Source: Somniosus microcephalus (taxonomy: Eukaryota). From it: DNA of 64,000 bases. The notes under the pieces were generated by a model, which was given only the letters and a program-made list of their open reading frames with translations, ran no database searches and was not told the origin of the DNA. A program made the translations under genes and the position numbers. Location: NCBI GenBank assembly GCA_052327205.1, contig CM126202.1, positions 145,762,001 through 145,826,000 on the forward strand. The letters run 5' to 3'. Position 1 is the first letter of the stretch; each line of letters starts with the position of its first letter. Of the stretch, positions 15,001-26,343 are shown piece after piece.

Positions 15001-18000
15001 GAGTTCTGTAAAGGGCGAGTTCTGTAAAGGGCGAGTTCTGTAAAGGGCGGGTTCTGTAAAGGGCGGGTTCTGTACAGGGCGGATTCTGTATAGGGCGTGT
15101 TCTATTAAGGGTGATTTCTATTAAGGGTGAGTTCTATTAAGGGTGAGTTCTATTAAGGGCGAGTTCTATTGAGGGCGAGTTCTATTGAGGGCGAGTTTTA
15201 TTGAGGGCGAGCTCTATTGAGGGCGAGTTCTATTGAGGGCGAGTTCTATAAAGAGCCGACTGTATAAAGGGCGAGTTTTATAAAGCTTGAGTTCTATAAA
15301 GGACGAGTTCTATAAGGAGCGAGTTCTATAAAGGATGAGTTCTATAAAGGGCGAGTTCTATAATGGGCGGGTTCAATAAAGGGCGAGTTCTATAAAGGAG
15401 GAATTCTATAAAGTGCAGTTTCTATAAAGGGCGGGTTCAATAAAGGGCGAATTCTATAAAGGGCCGATTGTATAAAGGGCGAGTTTTATAAAGGATGAGT
15501 TCAATAAAGGTGAGTTCTATGAAGGGCGAGTTTTATAGAGGGCGAGTTCTATAAAGGGCAGTTTCTATAAAGGGCGGGTTCTATTAAGGACGAGTTCTGT
15601 AAAGGGCGAGTTCTATAAAGGGCGAGTTCTATTGATGGCGAGTTCTATTGAGGGCGAGTTCTATTGAGGGTGAGGTCTATTAAGGGTGAGTTCTATTAAG
15701 GGCAAGTTCTGTTAAGGGTGAATTCTACAAAGGACGAGTTCTACAAAGGGCAAATTCTATAAAGGGTGATTTCTATAAACGACGATTTCTATAAATGGTG
15801 AGTTCAACCGAGGACGAGTTGTATAAAGGGCGAGATCAATCAAGGGCGGGTTCTATTTAGTGCGAGTTCTATTAAGGGCGAGTTCTGTAAAGGGCGAGTT
15901 CTGTAAAGGGCGAGTTCTGTAAAGGGTGAGTTCTGTAAAGGGCAGGTTCTGTATAGGGCGGGTTCTATTAAGGGCGAGTTCTATTGAGGGCGAGTTCTAT
16001 TGAGGGCGAGTTCTATTAAGGTCGAGTTCTTTAAAGAGCCGACTGTATAAAGGGCGAGTTTTATAAAGAGCGAGTTCTATAAACGATGAGTTCTATAAAG
16101 CTTGAGTTCTATAAAGGATGAGTTCTATAAAGGGCGAGTTCTATAATGGGCGGGTTCAATAAAGGGCGAGTTCTATAAAAGAGGAATTCTATAAAGTGCG
16201 GTTTCTATAAAGGGCGAGTTCTATAAAGGGCGAGTTCTGTAAAGGGCGAGTTCTAGAAAGGGCGAATTCTATAAAGGGCGAATTCTATAAAGGGCGAATT
16301 CTATAAAGGGCGAGTTCCATAAAGATCAAGTTCTATAAAGATCAAGTTCTATAAAGAGACGATTGTATAAAGGGCGAGTTTTATAAAGGACGAGTTCTAT
16401 GAAGGGTGAGTTCTATAAAGATCGAGTTCTATAAAGAGCCGATTGTATTTAGGGCGAGTTTTATAAAGGATGAGTTCAATCAAGGGCGAGTTCTATGAAG
16501 GGCGAGTTCTATAGAGGGCGAGTTCTATTAAGGGCGGGTTCAATTAAGGGCGAGTTCTGTAAAGAGCGGGTTCTGTAAAGGGCGGGTTCTGTATAGGGCG
16601 GGTTCTGTAAAGGGCGGATTCTGTATAGGGCGTGTTCTATTAAGGGTGATTTCTATTAAGAGTGAGTTCTATTAAGGGTGAGTTCTATTAAGGGTGAGTT
16701 CTATTAAGGGCGAGTTCTATTGAGGGCGAGTTCTATTGAGGGCGAATTTTATTGAGGGCGAGTTCTATTGAGGGCGAGTTCTATTAAGGTCGAGTTCTAT
16801 AAAGAGCCGACTGTATAAAGGGCGAGTTTTATAAAGAGCGAGTTCCATAAAGGATGAGTTCTATAAAGGGCGAGTTCTATAATGGGCGGGTTCAATAAAG
16901 GGCGAATTCTATAAAGGGCCGATTGTATAAAGGGCGAGTTTTATAAAGGATGAGTTCTATAAAGGTGAGTTCTATGAAGGGCGAGTTTTATAGAGGGCGA
17001 GTTCTATAAAGGGCGGGTTCTATAAAGGGCAGTTTGTATTAATGGCGATTTCTATAAAGGGCGGGTTCTATTAAGGGCGAGTTCTGTAAAGGGCGAGTTC
17101 TGTATAGGGCGAGTTCTATAAAGGGCGAGTTCTATTGATGGCGAGTTCTATTGAGGGTGAGTTCTATTGAGGGTGAGGTCTATTAAGGGTGAGTTCTATT
17201 AAGGGCGAGTTCTGTTAAGGGTGAATTCTACAAAGGACGAGTTCTACAAAGGGCAAATTCTATAAAGGGTGATTTCTATAAACGACGATTTCTATAAATG
17301 GTGAGTTCAACCAAGGACGAGTTGTATAAAGGGCGAGATCAATCAAGGGCGGGTTCTATTTAGTGCGAGTTCTATTAAGGGCGAGTTCTGTAAAGGGCGA
17401 GTTCTGTAAAGGGCGAGTTCTGTAAAGGGTGAGTTCTGTAAAGGGCAGGTTCTGTATAGGGCGGGTTCTATTAAGGGCGAGTTCTATTGAGGGCGAGTTC
17501 TATTGAGGGCGAGTTCTATTAAGGTCGAGTTCTTTAAAGAGCCGACTGTATAAAGGGCGAGTTTTATAAAGAGCGAGTTCTATAAACGATGAGTTCTATA
17601 AAGCTTGAGTTCTATAAAGGATGAGTTCTATAAAGGGCGAGTTCTATAATGGGCGGGTTCAATAAAGGGCGAGTTCTATAAAAGAGGAATTCTATAAAGT
17701 GCGGTTTCTATAAAGGGCGAGTTCTATAAAGGGCGAGTTCTGTAAAGGGCGAGTTCTAGAAAGGGCGAATTCTATAAAGGGCGAATTCTATAAAGGGCGA
17801 ATTCTATAAAGGGCGAGTTCCATAAAGATCAAGTTCTATAAAGATCAAGTTCTATAAAGAGACGATTGTATAAAGGGTGAGTTTTATATAGGACGAGTTC
17901 CATGAAGGGTGAGTTCTATAAAGATCGAGTTCTATAAAGAGCCGATTGTATTTAGGGCGAGTTTTATAAAGGATGAGTTCAATCAAGGGCGAGTTCTATG

Positions 18001-20930
18001 AAGGGCGAGTTCTATAGAGGGCGAGTTCTATTAAGGGCGGGTTCAATTAAGGGCGAGTTCTATTAAGGGCGAGTTCTATTAAGGGCAAGTTTTGTAAAGG
18101 GCGAGTTCTGTAAAGGGCGAGTTCTGTAAAGAGCGGGTTCTGTAAAGGGCGGGTTCTGTATAGGCGAGTTCTGTAAAGGGCGGATTCTGTATAGGGCGTG
18201 TTCTATTAAGGGTGATTTCTATAAACGACGATTTCTATAAATGGTGAGTTCAACCAAGGACGAGTTGTATAAAGGGCGAGATCAATCAAGGACGGGTTCT
18301 ATGAAGGGCGAGTTCTATAGAGGGCGAGTTCTATTAAGGGCGGGTTCAATTAAGGGCGAGTTCTGTAAAGGGCGAGTTCTGTAAAGGGCGAGTTCTGTAA
18401 AGAGCGGGTTCTGTAAAGGGCGGGTTCTGTATAGGGCGGTTTCTGTAAAGGGCGGATTCTGTATAGGGCGTGTTCTATTAAGGGTGATTTCTATTAAGGG
18501 TGAGTTCTATTAAGGGTGAGTACTATTAAGGGCGAGTTCTATTGAGGGCGAGTTCTATTGAGGGCGAGTTTTATTGAGGGCGAGTTCTATTGAGGGCGAG
18601 TTCTATTGAGGGCGAGTTCTATTAAGGTCGAGTTCTATAAAGAGCCGACTGTATAAAGGGCGAGTTTTATAAAGGTTGAGTTCTATAAAGGACGAGTTCT
18701 ATAAAGAGCGAGTTCTATAAAGGATGAGTTCTATAATGGGCGAGTTCTATAATGGGCGGGTTCAATAAAGGGCGAGTTCTATAAAGGAGGAATTCTATAA
18801 AGTGCGGTTTCTATAAAGGGCGGGTTAAATAAAGGGCGAATTCTATAAAGGGCCGATTGTATAAAGGGCGAGTTTTATAAAGGATGAGTTCTATAAAGGT
18901 GAGTTCTATAAAGATCAAGTTCTATAAAGAGCCGATTGTATTTAGTGCGAGTTTTATAAAGGATGAGTTCAATCAAGGGCGAGTTCTATGAAGGGCGAGT
19001 TCTATAGAGGGCGAGTTCTATTAAGGGCGGGTTCAATTAAGGGCGAGTTCTATTAAGGGCGAGTTCTGTAAAGGGCGAGTTCTGTAAAGAGCGGGTTCTG
19101 TAAAGGGCGGGTTCTGTAAAGGGCGGTTTCTGTAAAGGGCGGATTCTGTATAGGGCGTGTTCTATTAAGGGTGATTTCTATTAAGGGTGAGTTCTATTAA
19201 GGGTGAGTACTATTAAGGGCGAGTTCTATTGAGGGCGAGTTCTATTGAGGGCGAGTTTTATTGAGGGCGAGTTCTATTGAGGGCGAGTTCTATTGAGGGC
19301 GAGTTCTATTAAGGTCGAGTTCTATAAAGAGCCGACTGTATAAAGGGCGAGTTTTATAAAGGTTGAGTTCTATAAAGGACGAGTTCTATAAAGAGCGAGT
19401 TCTATAAAGGATGAGTTCTATAATGGGCGAGTTCTATAATGGGCGGGTTCAATAAAGGGCGAGTTCTATAAAGGAGGAATTCTATAAAGTGCGGTTTCTA
19501 TAAAGGGCGGGTTAAATAAAGGGCGAATTCTATAAAGGGCCGATTGTATAAAGGGCGAGTTTTATAAAGGATGAGTTCTATAAAGGTGAGTTCTATAAAG
19601 AGCGAGTTTTATAGAGGGCGAGTTCTATAAAGGGCGGGTCCTATAAAGGGCGGTTTGTATTAATGGCGATTTCTATAAAGGGCGGGTTCTATTAAGGGCG
19701 AGTTCTATAAAGGGCGAGTTCTGTAAAGGGCGAGTTCTATAAAGGGCGAGTTCTATTGAGGGCGAGTTCTGTAAAGGGCGAGTTCTATAAAGGGCGAGTT
19801 CTATTGAGGGCAAGGTCTATTAAGGGTGAGTTCTATTAAGGGCGAGTTCTGTTAAGGGTGAATTCTACAAAGGACGAGTTCTACAAAGGGCAAATTCTAT
19901 AAAGGGCGAGTTCTATAAACGACGATTTCGATAAAGGGTGAGTTCAACCAAGGACGAGTTGTATAAAGGGCGAGATCAATCAAGGGCGGGTTCTATTTAG
20001 TGCGAGTTGTATTAAGGGCGAGTTCTGTAAAGGGCGAGTTCTGTAAAGGGTAAGTTCTGTAAAGGGCAGGTTCTGTATCGGGCGGGTTCTATTAAGGGCG
20101 AGTTCTATTGAGGGCGAGTTCTATTGAGGGCGAGTTCTGTAAAGGGTGGGTTCTATAAAGGGTGGGTTCTGTAAAGGGCAGGTTCTGTAATGGGCGGGTT
20201 CTGTAAAGGGCGGGTTCTGTATAGGACGGGTACTAGAAAGGGCGAGTTCTATAAAGGGCGAGTTCTATAAAGGGCGGTTTCTATAAAGGGCGAGTTCTAT
20301 ATAGTGCGAGTTCTATAAAGGGTGGTTTCTATAAAGGGCGAGTTCTATATAGTGCGAGTTCTATAAAGAGCGGGTTCTATAAAGGGCGAGTTCTATAAAG
20401 GGCGGTTTCTATAAAGGGCGAGTTCTATATTGTGCGAGTTCTATAAAGGGCGGTTTCTATAAAGGGCGAGTTCTATATAGTACGAGTTCTATAAAGGGCG
20501 AGCTCTATAAAGGGCGAGTTCTATAATGGGCGAGTATAAAGGGCGAGTTCTATAACTGGCAGGTTCTATAAAGAGCGAGTTCTATAAAGGGCAGATTCTA
20601 TAAAGAGCAAGTTTTATAAAGGGCGATTTTTATAAAAGGCGAATTCTATAAAGAGCGAGTTCTATAAAGAGCGAGTTCTACAAAGAGCAGATTCTATAAA
20701 CTGGGATTCAATAAAAAGTGGGTTCTCTAAAGAGCAAGTTCTATCAAGAGTGGGTTCTTTAAAAGACGGGTTCTGTAAAGGTTAGATTCTATAAAGGGCG
20801 AGTTCTATAAAGAGCGAGTTCTATAAAGGGCAAGTTCTATAAAGAATGGATTCTGTAAAGGGCGTATTCTATAAATTGTGGGTTCTATAAAGGGTGGGTT
20901 CTACACAGAGTGGATTCAATACAGGGCAGA
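1..20930. repeat. 16-bp tandem satellite (consensus AAAGGGCGAGTTCTAT / AAAGAGCGAGTTCTAT), runs off the left edge of the window
   Basis: Continuous 16-bp periodicity, about 1300 monomers; variant monomers recur in ordered blocks; monomers degenerate over the last ~400 bp; no ORFs in the supplied track. Confidence 0.98.
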
Positions 20931-21485
20931 TGATCTGCTCCACCACATCACAACCCAGGCAATGTCGATGTAAATCTAGCCCATTTTCTATTTTGTAACT
21001 CAGTGGTAGTATGAGTTTCTTCCAGGCCTGGCTTAACATTGATGAGTTTCTACACTGCCCTGAAAATGCACTTCAAACTTAACCTTTGATCATAAGGGGT
21101 GGATATCATGCTGTGTAATATTAGCAACAAATGCCTTAATGCATATTATATGGTAGAATTTCAACCTACTGAAATTGGCATATATCCACCTGTGATAGAA
21201 AAGTTATTTAAGGATAACCTCCATTTTGATTTTAATTCACACACTTAAAACTGCTAGTTGGAGTTTAACCAGAAGCAATGAATCCTGAAAGGGAATAGGA
21301 AAAAGACAATAAGATCACAGATCCTGCAAAAATGCAGAGAAGAATTAATTAAGGACTGAAGAAAATGCACTGATGCTACTTGCCAGCAAGCAAGTTACTT
21401 TGTTATTCAGATAATTTCACTGCTTTTCTGAGCATCAGCCCTCAACACCTTACTCAAGTGATTACTCTACATCTGTGAGTCTAGA

Positions 21486-21745
21486 TGATGTGCCTCAATG
21501 AATCCGAGACTCGACATTAACGGAGCAAAGCAAGGCTTTTATTAACTCAGAAAGTAATACACATTGGAGAAGTGTCTCTCATCCAGAGATCTGCTGTACT
21601 GCTGTGAGACATGCTGGGGCTTGCTTAAGTAGGGGCCAGGTATGGGCAGAGCCCTACACACAATACAATACAGGTAAGGAAATGAAACTGAAACTAAACT
21701 AAACACAGGGAATACAGTGCCTGATGAATGGCATATTTCATCACA
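21486..21745 (-). repeat. 3' LTR of Gypsy element A
   Basis: Direct repeat of 25541-25800, adjacent to the PPT. Confidence 0.96.
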
Positions 21746-21755
21746 TTCACCCCTT

Positions 21756-24700
21756 CTACAGATTTAGTCTGTTCGGGGGTTTGATAGTCCTCTGTGACCG
21801 ACGTAGCTGTTGTGGTGCCACGGGTGTCGGCTGGGTGTCCCCGGTGGCCTCCTGGGTCTCTGCCGGGGGCGCCGCCAGGGTTGTTGAAGGGGTAGTTGGT
21901 GGGGGCACCGTTGGTCGATGTTCTTCCGGAGGTGGTGAAAGGATAGTGGGTGGGTAAGAATTGCTGTGATCGTTGTTGCTGTTGTTGTCGTGGTTGTTGT
22001 CGTTACCGGCTGGGGCGACGTCTTTTATGGACACGGTGTCCTCCCTTCCGTCGGCATGCCGGACATACGCGTATTGGGGGTTGGCGTGGAGTAGGTGCAC
22101 TGACTCCACGAGGGGGTCCGTCTTGTGGCCCCTCACATGCCTTCGTACAAATACCAGACCTGGGGTGGAGAGCCATGATGGCATGGATACGCCTGAGGTG
22201 GATTTCCGGGGAAAGACAAACATTCGTTCATGAGGCGTGGCATTAGTGGCAGTACACAATAGCGACCGTATCGAATGGAGCACATCTGGGAGGACTTCCT
22301 GCCAGCGGGAGATAGGGAGGCCCTTGGTCCTTAGAGCTAGAGTGACTGCTTTCCATACTGTCCCGTTCTCTCGCTCCACCTGGCCGTTACCCTGGGGGTT
22401 GTAGCTGGTGGTACGGCTCGTGGCGATCCCCCTGGACAGCATTTACTGGCGTAGCTCTTCACTCATGAAGGATGCCCCCCTATCCGTATGGATGTAGCTC
22501 GGCATACCGAACAGGCAGAACAGGCTGTTGAGGCATTTAATGGCCGTGGCACTGGTCATGTCTGGGCAGGGGAAGGCGAATGGGAAACGGGAGTATTCGT
22601 CCACAATGTTCAGGAAGTAAACATTGCGGTCGACTGATGGGAGGGGGCCCTTGAAATCTAAGCTGAGCCGCTCAAAGGGCCGTGTAGCTTTGATTAAGTG
22701 GGCTCTATCTGGGCGGTAGAACCGAGGCTTGCACTCAGCGCAAGTGCGGCAGTTCCTGGTCAGAGACCGAACTTCCTCAATCGAGTAGGGTAAGTTGCGG
22801 GACTTTATGAAGTGGAACAGCCGTGTGGCCCCTGGGTGGCAGAGGTCGTTGTGGAGGGTCTGTAGCCGATCCCCGGTGGCGCTGGCACACATCCCTCGTG
22901 AGAGGGCGTCGGGGGATTCGTTAAGGGCCCCTGGCCGGTAAATGATGTCATACTCGAAGGTGGAGAGCTCGATCCGCCACCTAAGAATCTTATCATTTTT
23001 AATCTTTCCCCTCTGTTTATTATTGAACATAAACACTACCGACCGCTGGTCGGTAAGTAGGGTGAAGCGTTTGCCGGCTAGGTAGTGCCGCCAGTGGCGC
23101 ACTGCCTCCACAATGGCTTGGGCCTCCTTTTCCACGGAGGAGTGTCTGATCTCGGGCCCTTGGAGGGTCCTCGAGAAGAAAGCTACGGGCCACCCCGCCT
23201 GGTTGAGGGTGGCCGCCAAGGCAAAGTCAGACGCATCACTTTCCACTTGAAAGGGAGTGTTCTCGTCCACTGCCTGTAGCGTGGCCCGCTCAATATCCCA
23301 CTTAATGCTTTTGAAGGCGGCGTGGGCCTCAGCAGAGAGCGGAAAAGAGGATGCTTTCAAGAGGGGGCGGGCTTTGTCGGAGTAGTTGGGGACCCATTGG
23401 GCATAATAAGAAAATAACCCCAGGCACCTTTTCAGGGCTTTGGGAGTGTTGGGCAGGGGGAGCTCCCGTAGGGGGCGCAATCGGTCGGGGTCTGGTCCGA
23501 TTTCCCCATTTTCCACGACGCTGCCTAGTATGCAGAGGCGCGTGGTGTTGAAAACGCACTTGTCCTCGTTGTAAGTGAGGTTGAGTTTTTGTGCGGTTTT
23601 CAGGAACCTCTCGAGGTTCGAGTCGTGATCCTACTGGTTGTGACCGCAGATGGTGACGTTGTCGAGGTAGGGGAAGGTTGCCTGCAAGTGGTGGTCATCG
23701 ACCATGCAGTCCATCTCCCTCTGGAAGACCGAGACCCCATTCGTCACCCCAAAGGGGACTCTGAGGAATTGGTAGAGGCGTCCGTTCGCCTCGAAGGCGG
23801 TGTACGGGCGGTCCTCTGGTCTGATAGGGAGCTGGTGGTACGCTGACTTGAGGTCGATGGTGGAGAACGCCCGGTATTGGGCGATTTGGTTCACCATCTC
23901 GGATATGCGGGGTAGCGGGTAGGCGTCTAGCTGGGTGTATAGATTAACCGTCTGGCTATAATCTATCACCATCCGCTTCTTCTCGCTACCCCTCACCACC
24001 ACCACTTGGGCGCGCCACGGGCTGTTGCTGCATTCGATAATGCGCTCCTTCAGGAGCCTGTCTACCTCGGTCGCGATAAACCGCCTGTCCTCCCAGCTGT
24101 ACCTCCTGCTTTTGGTCGCTATTGGCCGGCAGTTGGGAGTAAGGTTCGCGAATAGCGAAGGCGGCTTTACCTTCAGGGTAGCCAGACCGCACACTGTGAG
24201 GGGCGGCTGGGACCCACCGTAATTGAGCGTGATGCTTTGGTGGTGGCACTGGAAATCCAGGCCCAAGATCACGCTCGCACATAAATTCTTCATGATTAGT
24301 AATTTAAAATTATCGTATACAGTTCCGTTAACGGACAATTGTACTGCGCAGTAACCCATAATGGTCGATGTCTAGGTTTTATCAGCCATAGAGATGGTGC
24401 CCCGAGCAGGGACCACCGTTAGAGAGAGTTGTTGTGCTAGTTCAGGGTGGATAAAACTCTCCGTGCTTCCACTGTCAATTAGACATTTAACCCCGCACCC
24501 GTTTACCTCGATGTCCACCATTGATTTGGATAGCGGGTGCGGTTTGGTCTGGTCCACTTTGACCGATGCCACTATAGGGCCCTGATCGAGACAAGATGGC
24601 GTCCACGCTGTCTGCTCACAAGATGGCGGACCCCACGAGGTCGGGCAAGATGGCATCCAAGATGGCCGCTCCCACGGCGCACACGTGGCGGTGGCGGGTT

Positions 24701-25514
24701 TTCCAGCGGGGTTCCCTCTGCACACCTTCCCGAAGTGCCCCTTCTTACCGCACTTAAAGCAGGTGGTGCCTTTCGCCGGGCACAGGTTTCTGATGTGCTT
24801 CGGCTGCCCGCAGAAGTAGCAGTTGGGGCCCCGACGCGTCGCGGCTGTCATAGGGCTTCTGGGAGGAGAGCGGGGCCCCGACGGTGTCGGGCTGCCGGGC
24901 GGGGAAGATGCCTTCCAAGATGGCGGCGCCCCTGGTGCACACGTGGCGGCGTGGGTGGCGCGGGCCGAAGAGTAGGCGTCCGAGTTTCTCTGGGCCACAT
25001 CCAGGGATCGCGCTGTGTCCACAGCCTGTTTCAGGTCCAATCCCATTTTTTCCAGTAGTCTCTGCTGGATGTAAGTGGAGCTGAGGCCTGCGATAAAGGC
25101 ATCACAAACAAGCTCGTCAGTGTGCACTGCGGCTTTTACATCTTGGCACTTGCAGTCTTTGCCAAGCGTTTTCAGGGTGACTAGGAACTCATCCAGTGAT
25201 TCCCCAGGTCGCTGTGTGCGAGTAGCGAGCAGATGCCTAGCGTACACCTCGTTCGTAGGCTGCTGGTAATGCGCCTTTAGGATGTCGCAGGCGGCCGGGT
25301 ACGTGTCGGCGTCTTGGATGAGGGGGTAAACCCGGTGGCTTACCCAATTCCGCAGGATTCCGAGTTTCATATTCTCAGCGTCCGTAGCGCTTGTGATGGC
25401 TGCGGAATTGTCCAGGAAGAATTCCATACACTTAAACCAGTGTCCGAATCGTGCCGATGCGTCCGAAGCATGCGGGTCCAAATCCAAACGTTCGGGTTTC
25501 AAGAGTTGGTCCAT
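21756..25514 (-). pseudogene. gag-pol: Single-frame gag-pol polyprotein of element A with three in-frame stops (24372, 23631, 22443)
   Basis: ORF-track pieces are all in one frame: two CCHC knuckles (CYFCGQPKHIRNLC, CFKCGKKGHFGKVC), protease LIDSGS, RT (AYPLP, PFGV, YLDN), RNase H (ESDAS, EKEA, TDQ), integrase HHCC plus D-D-E (LDF, TDRG, VER). Confidence 0.93.
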
Positions 25515-25540
25515 TGCGTTGAAAATTGAGTTAATAAAAT

Positions 25541-25800
25541 TGATGTGCCTCAATGAATCCGAGACTTGGCGTTAACGGAGCAAAGCAAGGCTTTTATTAA
25601 CTCAGAAAGTAATACACATTGGAGAAGTGTCTCTCATCCAGAGATCTGCTGTACTGCTGTGAGACATGCTGGGGCTTGCTTAAGTAGGGGCCAGGTATGG
25701 GCGGAACCCTACACACAATACAATACAGGTAAGGAAATGAAACTGAAACTAAACTAAACACAGGGAATACAGTGCCTGATGAATGGCATATTTCATCACA
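25541..25800 (-). repeat. 5' LTR of Gypsy element A
   Basis: Direct repeat of 21486-21745; minus-strand AATAAA within 25592-25598. Confidence 0.96.
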
Positions 25801-25805
25801 CTAGA

Positions 25806-25960
25806 TTTTAAGCTGGATTGCAAATTTGTTACTTTCTCATACAAGGATAGCAGTTAATAATGGATGCAGCTCTGCACGAGGTCCAGTCAATAGTGGAGTC
25901 CCACAAGGATCTTCATTGGGACCATTACTCTTCACCAACTTAATCAATGATGTGGATGAA
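25806..25960 (+). mobile_element. Old CR1/L2-clade LINE reverse-transcriptase fragment
   Basis: Translates to SGVPQGSSLGPLLFTNLINDVDE, the non-LTR RT GVPQGS motif. Confidence 0.65.
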
Positions 25961-26042
25961 GCAATTAAGGAAAGAATTCACATTTTTTTAATGACACAAA
26001 AATGAGTGAGAGAGTTAGTAATGTAGATTAAATAAATAGGAA

Positions 26043-26343
26043 AGCAAATGCAAAATACTGTAGATGCTGGAAATCTGAAATAAAAACAGAACATGCTGGA
26101 AACACTCAGCAGGTCAGGCAGCATCTGTGGAGAGAGAAACAGAGTTAACATTTCAGGTCGATGACCTTTCATCAGAACTGGGAAAAGTTAGAGATGTAAC
26201 AGATTTTAAGCAAGTACAGAGGTAGGGAATGGGGGAGGGGACGAAAGAACAAAAGGGAAGGTCTGTGATGGAATGGCAGGCAGGAGAAATTAAATGACAA
26301 AAGGGATGATGGTGCAAGACGAAAGGAGATGGTCGTGGGACAA
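26043..26343 (-). mobile_element. Penelope-like element, 3' terminal region
   Basis: Continues at 28107 after an L2 insertion (GGACAA duplicated at 26338-26343 and 28107-28112); contains a hammerhead core; lies downstream of GIY-YIG coding sequence. Confidence 0.75.
26143..26179 (-). ncRNA. Minimal type I hammerhead ribozyme motif of the Penelope-like element
   Basis: Minus strand reads AGTT-CTGATGA-AAGGTCATCGACCT-GAAA-TGTT-AACT: both core boxes, stem II AGGTC/GACCT, stem I AGTT/AACT, loopless near-palindromic stem III. Confidence 0.75.

Larger units (their letters stand above)
21486..25800 (-). mobile_element. Full-length Ty3/Gypsy LTR retrotransposon (4315 bp), element A
   Basis: 260-bp LTRs at 21486-21745 and 25541-25800 (TG...CA, 5 mismatches); 5-bp TSD CTAGA at 21481-21485 and 25801-25805; PPT AAGGGGTGAA at 21746-21755; domain order gag-PR-RT-RH-IN. 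Confidence 0.97.

Noticed and set aside
1-20930. CRISPR array or CENP-B-box array
   Set aside because: No unique spacers, eukaryotic context and no cas genes; the monomer does not match the CENP-B box consensus.
24372-24374. TAG as a programmed gag-pol read-through codon
   Set aside because: It falls inside the protease domain after the DSG motif, and two more stops occur in RT and integrase; ordinary decay is more likely.
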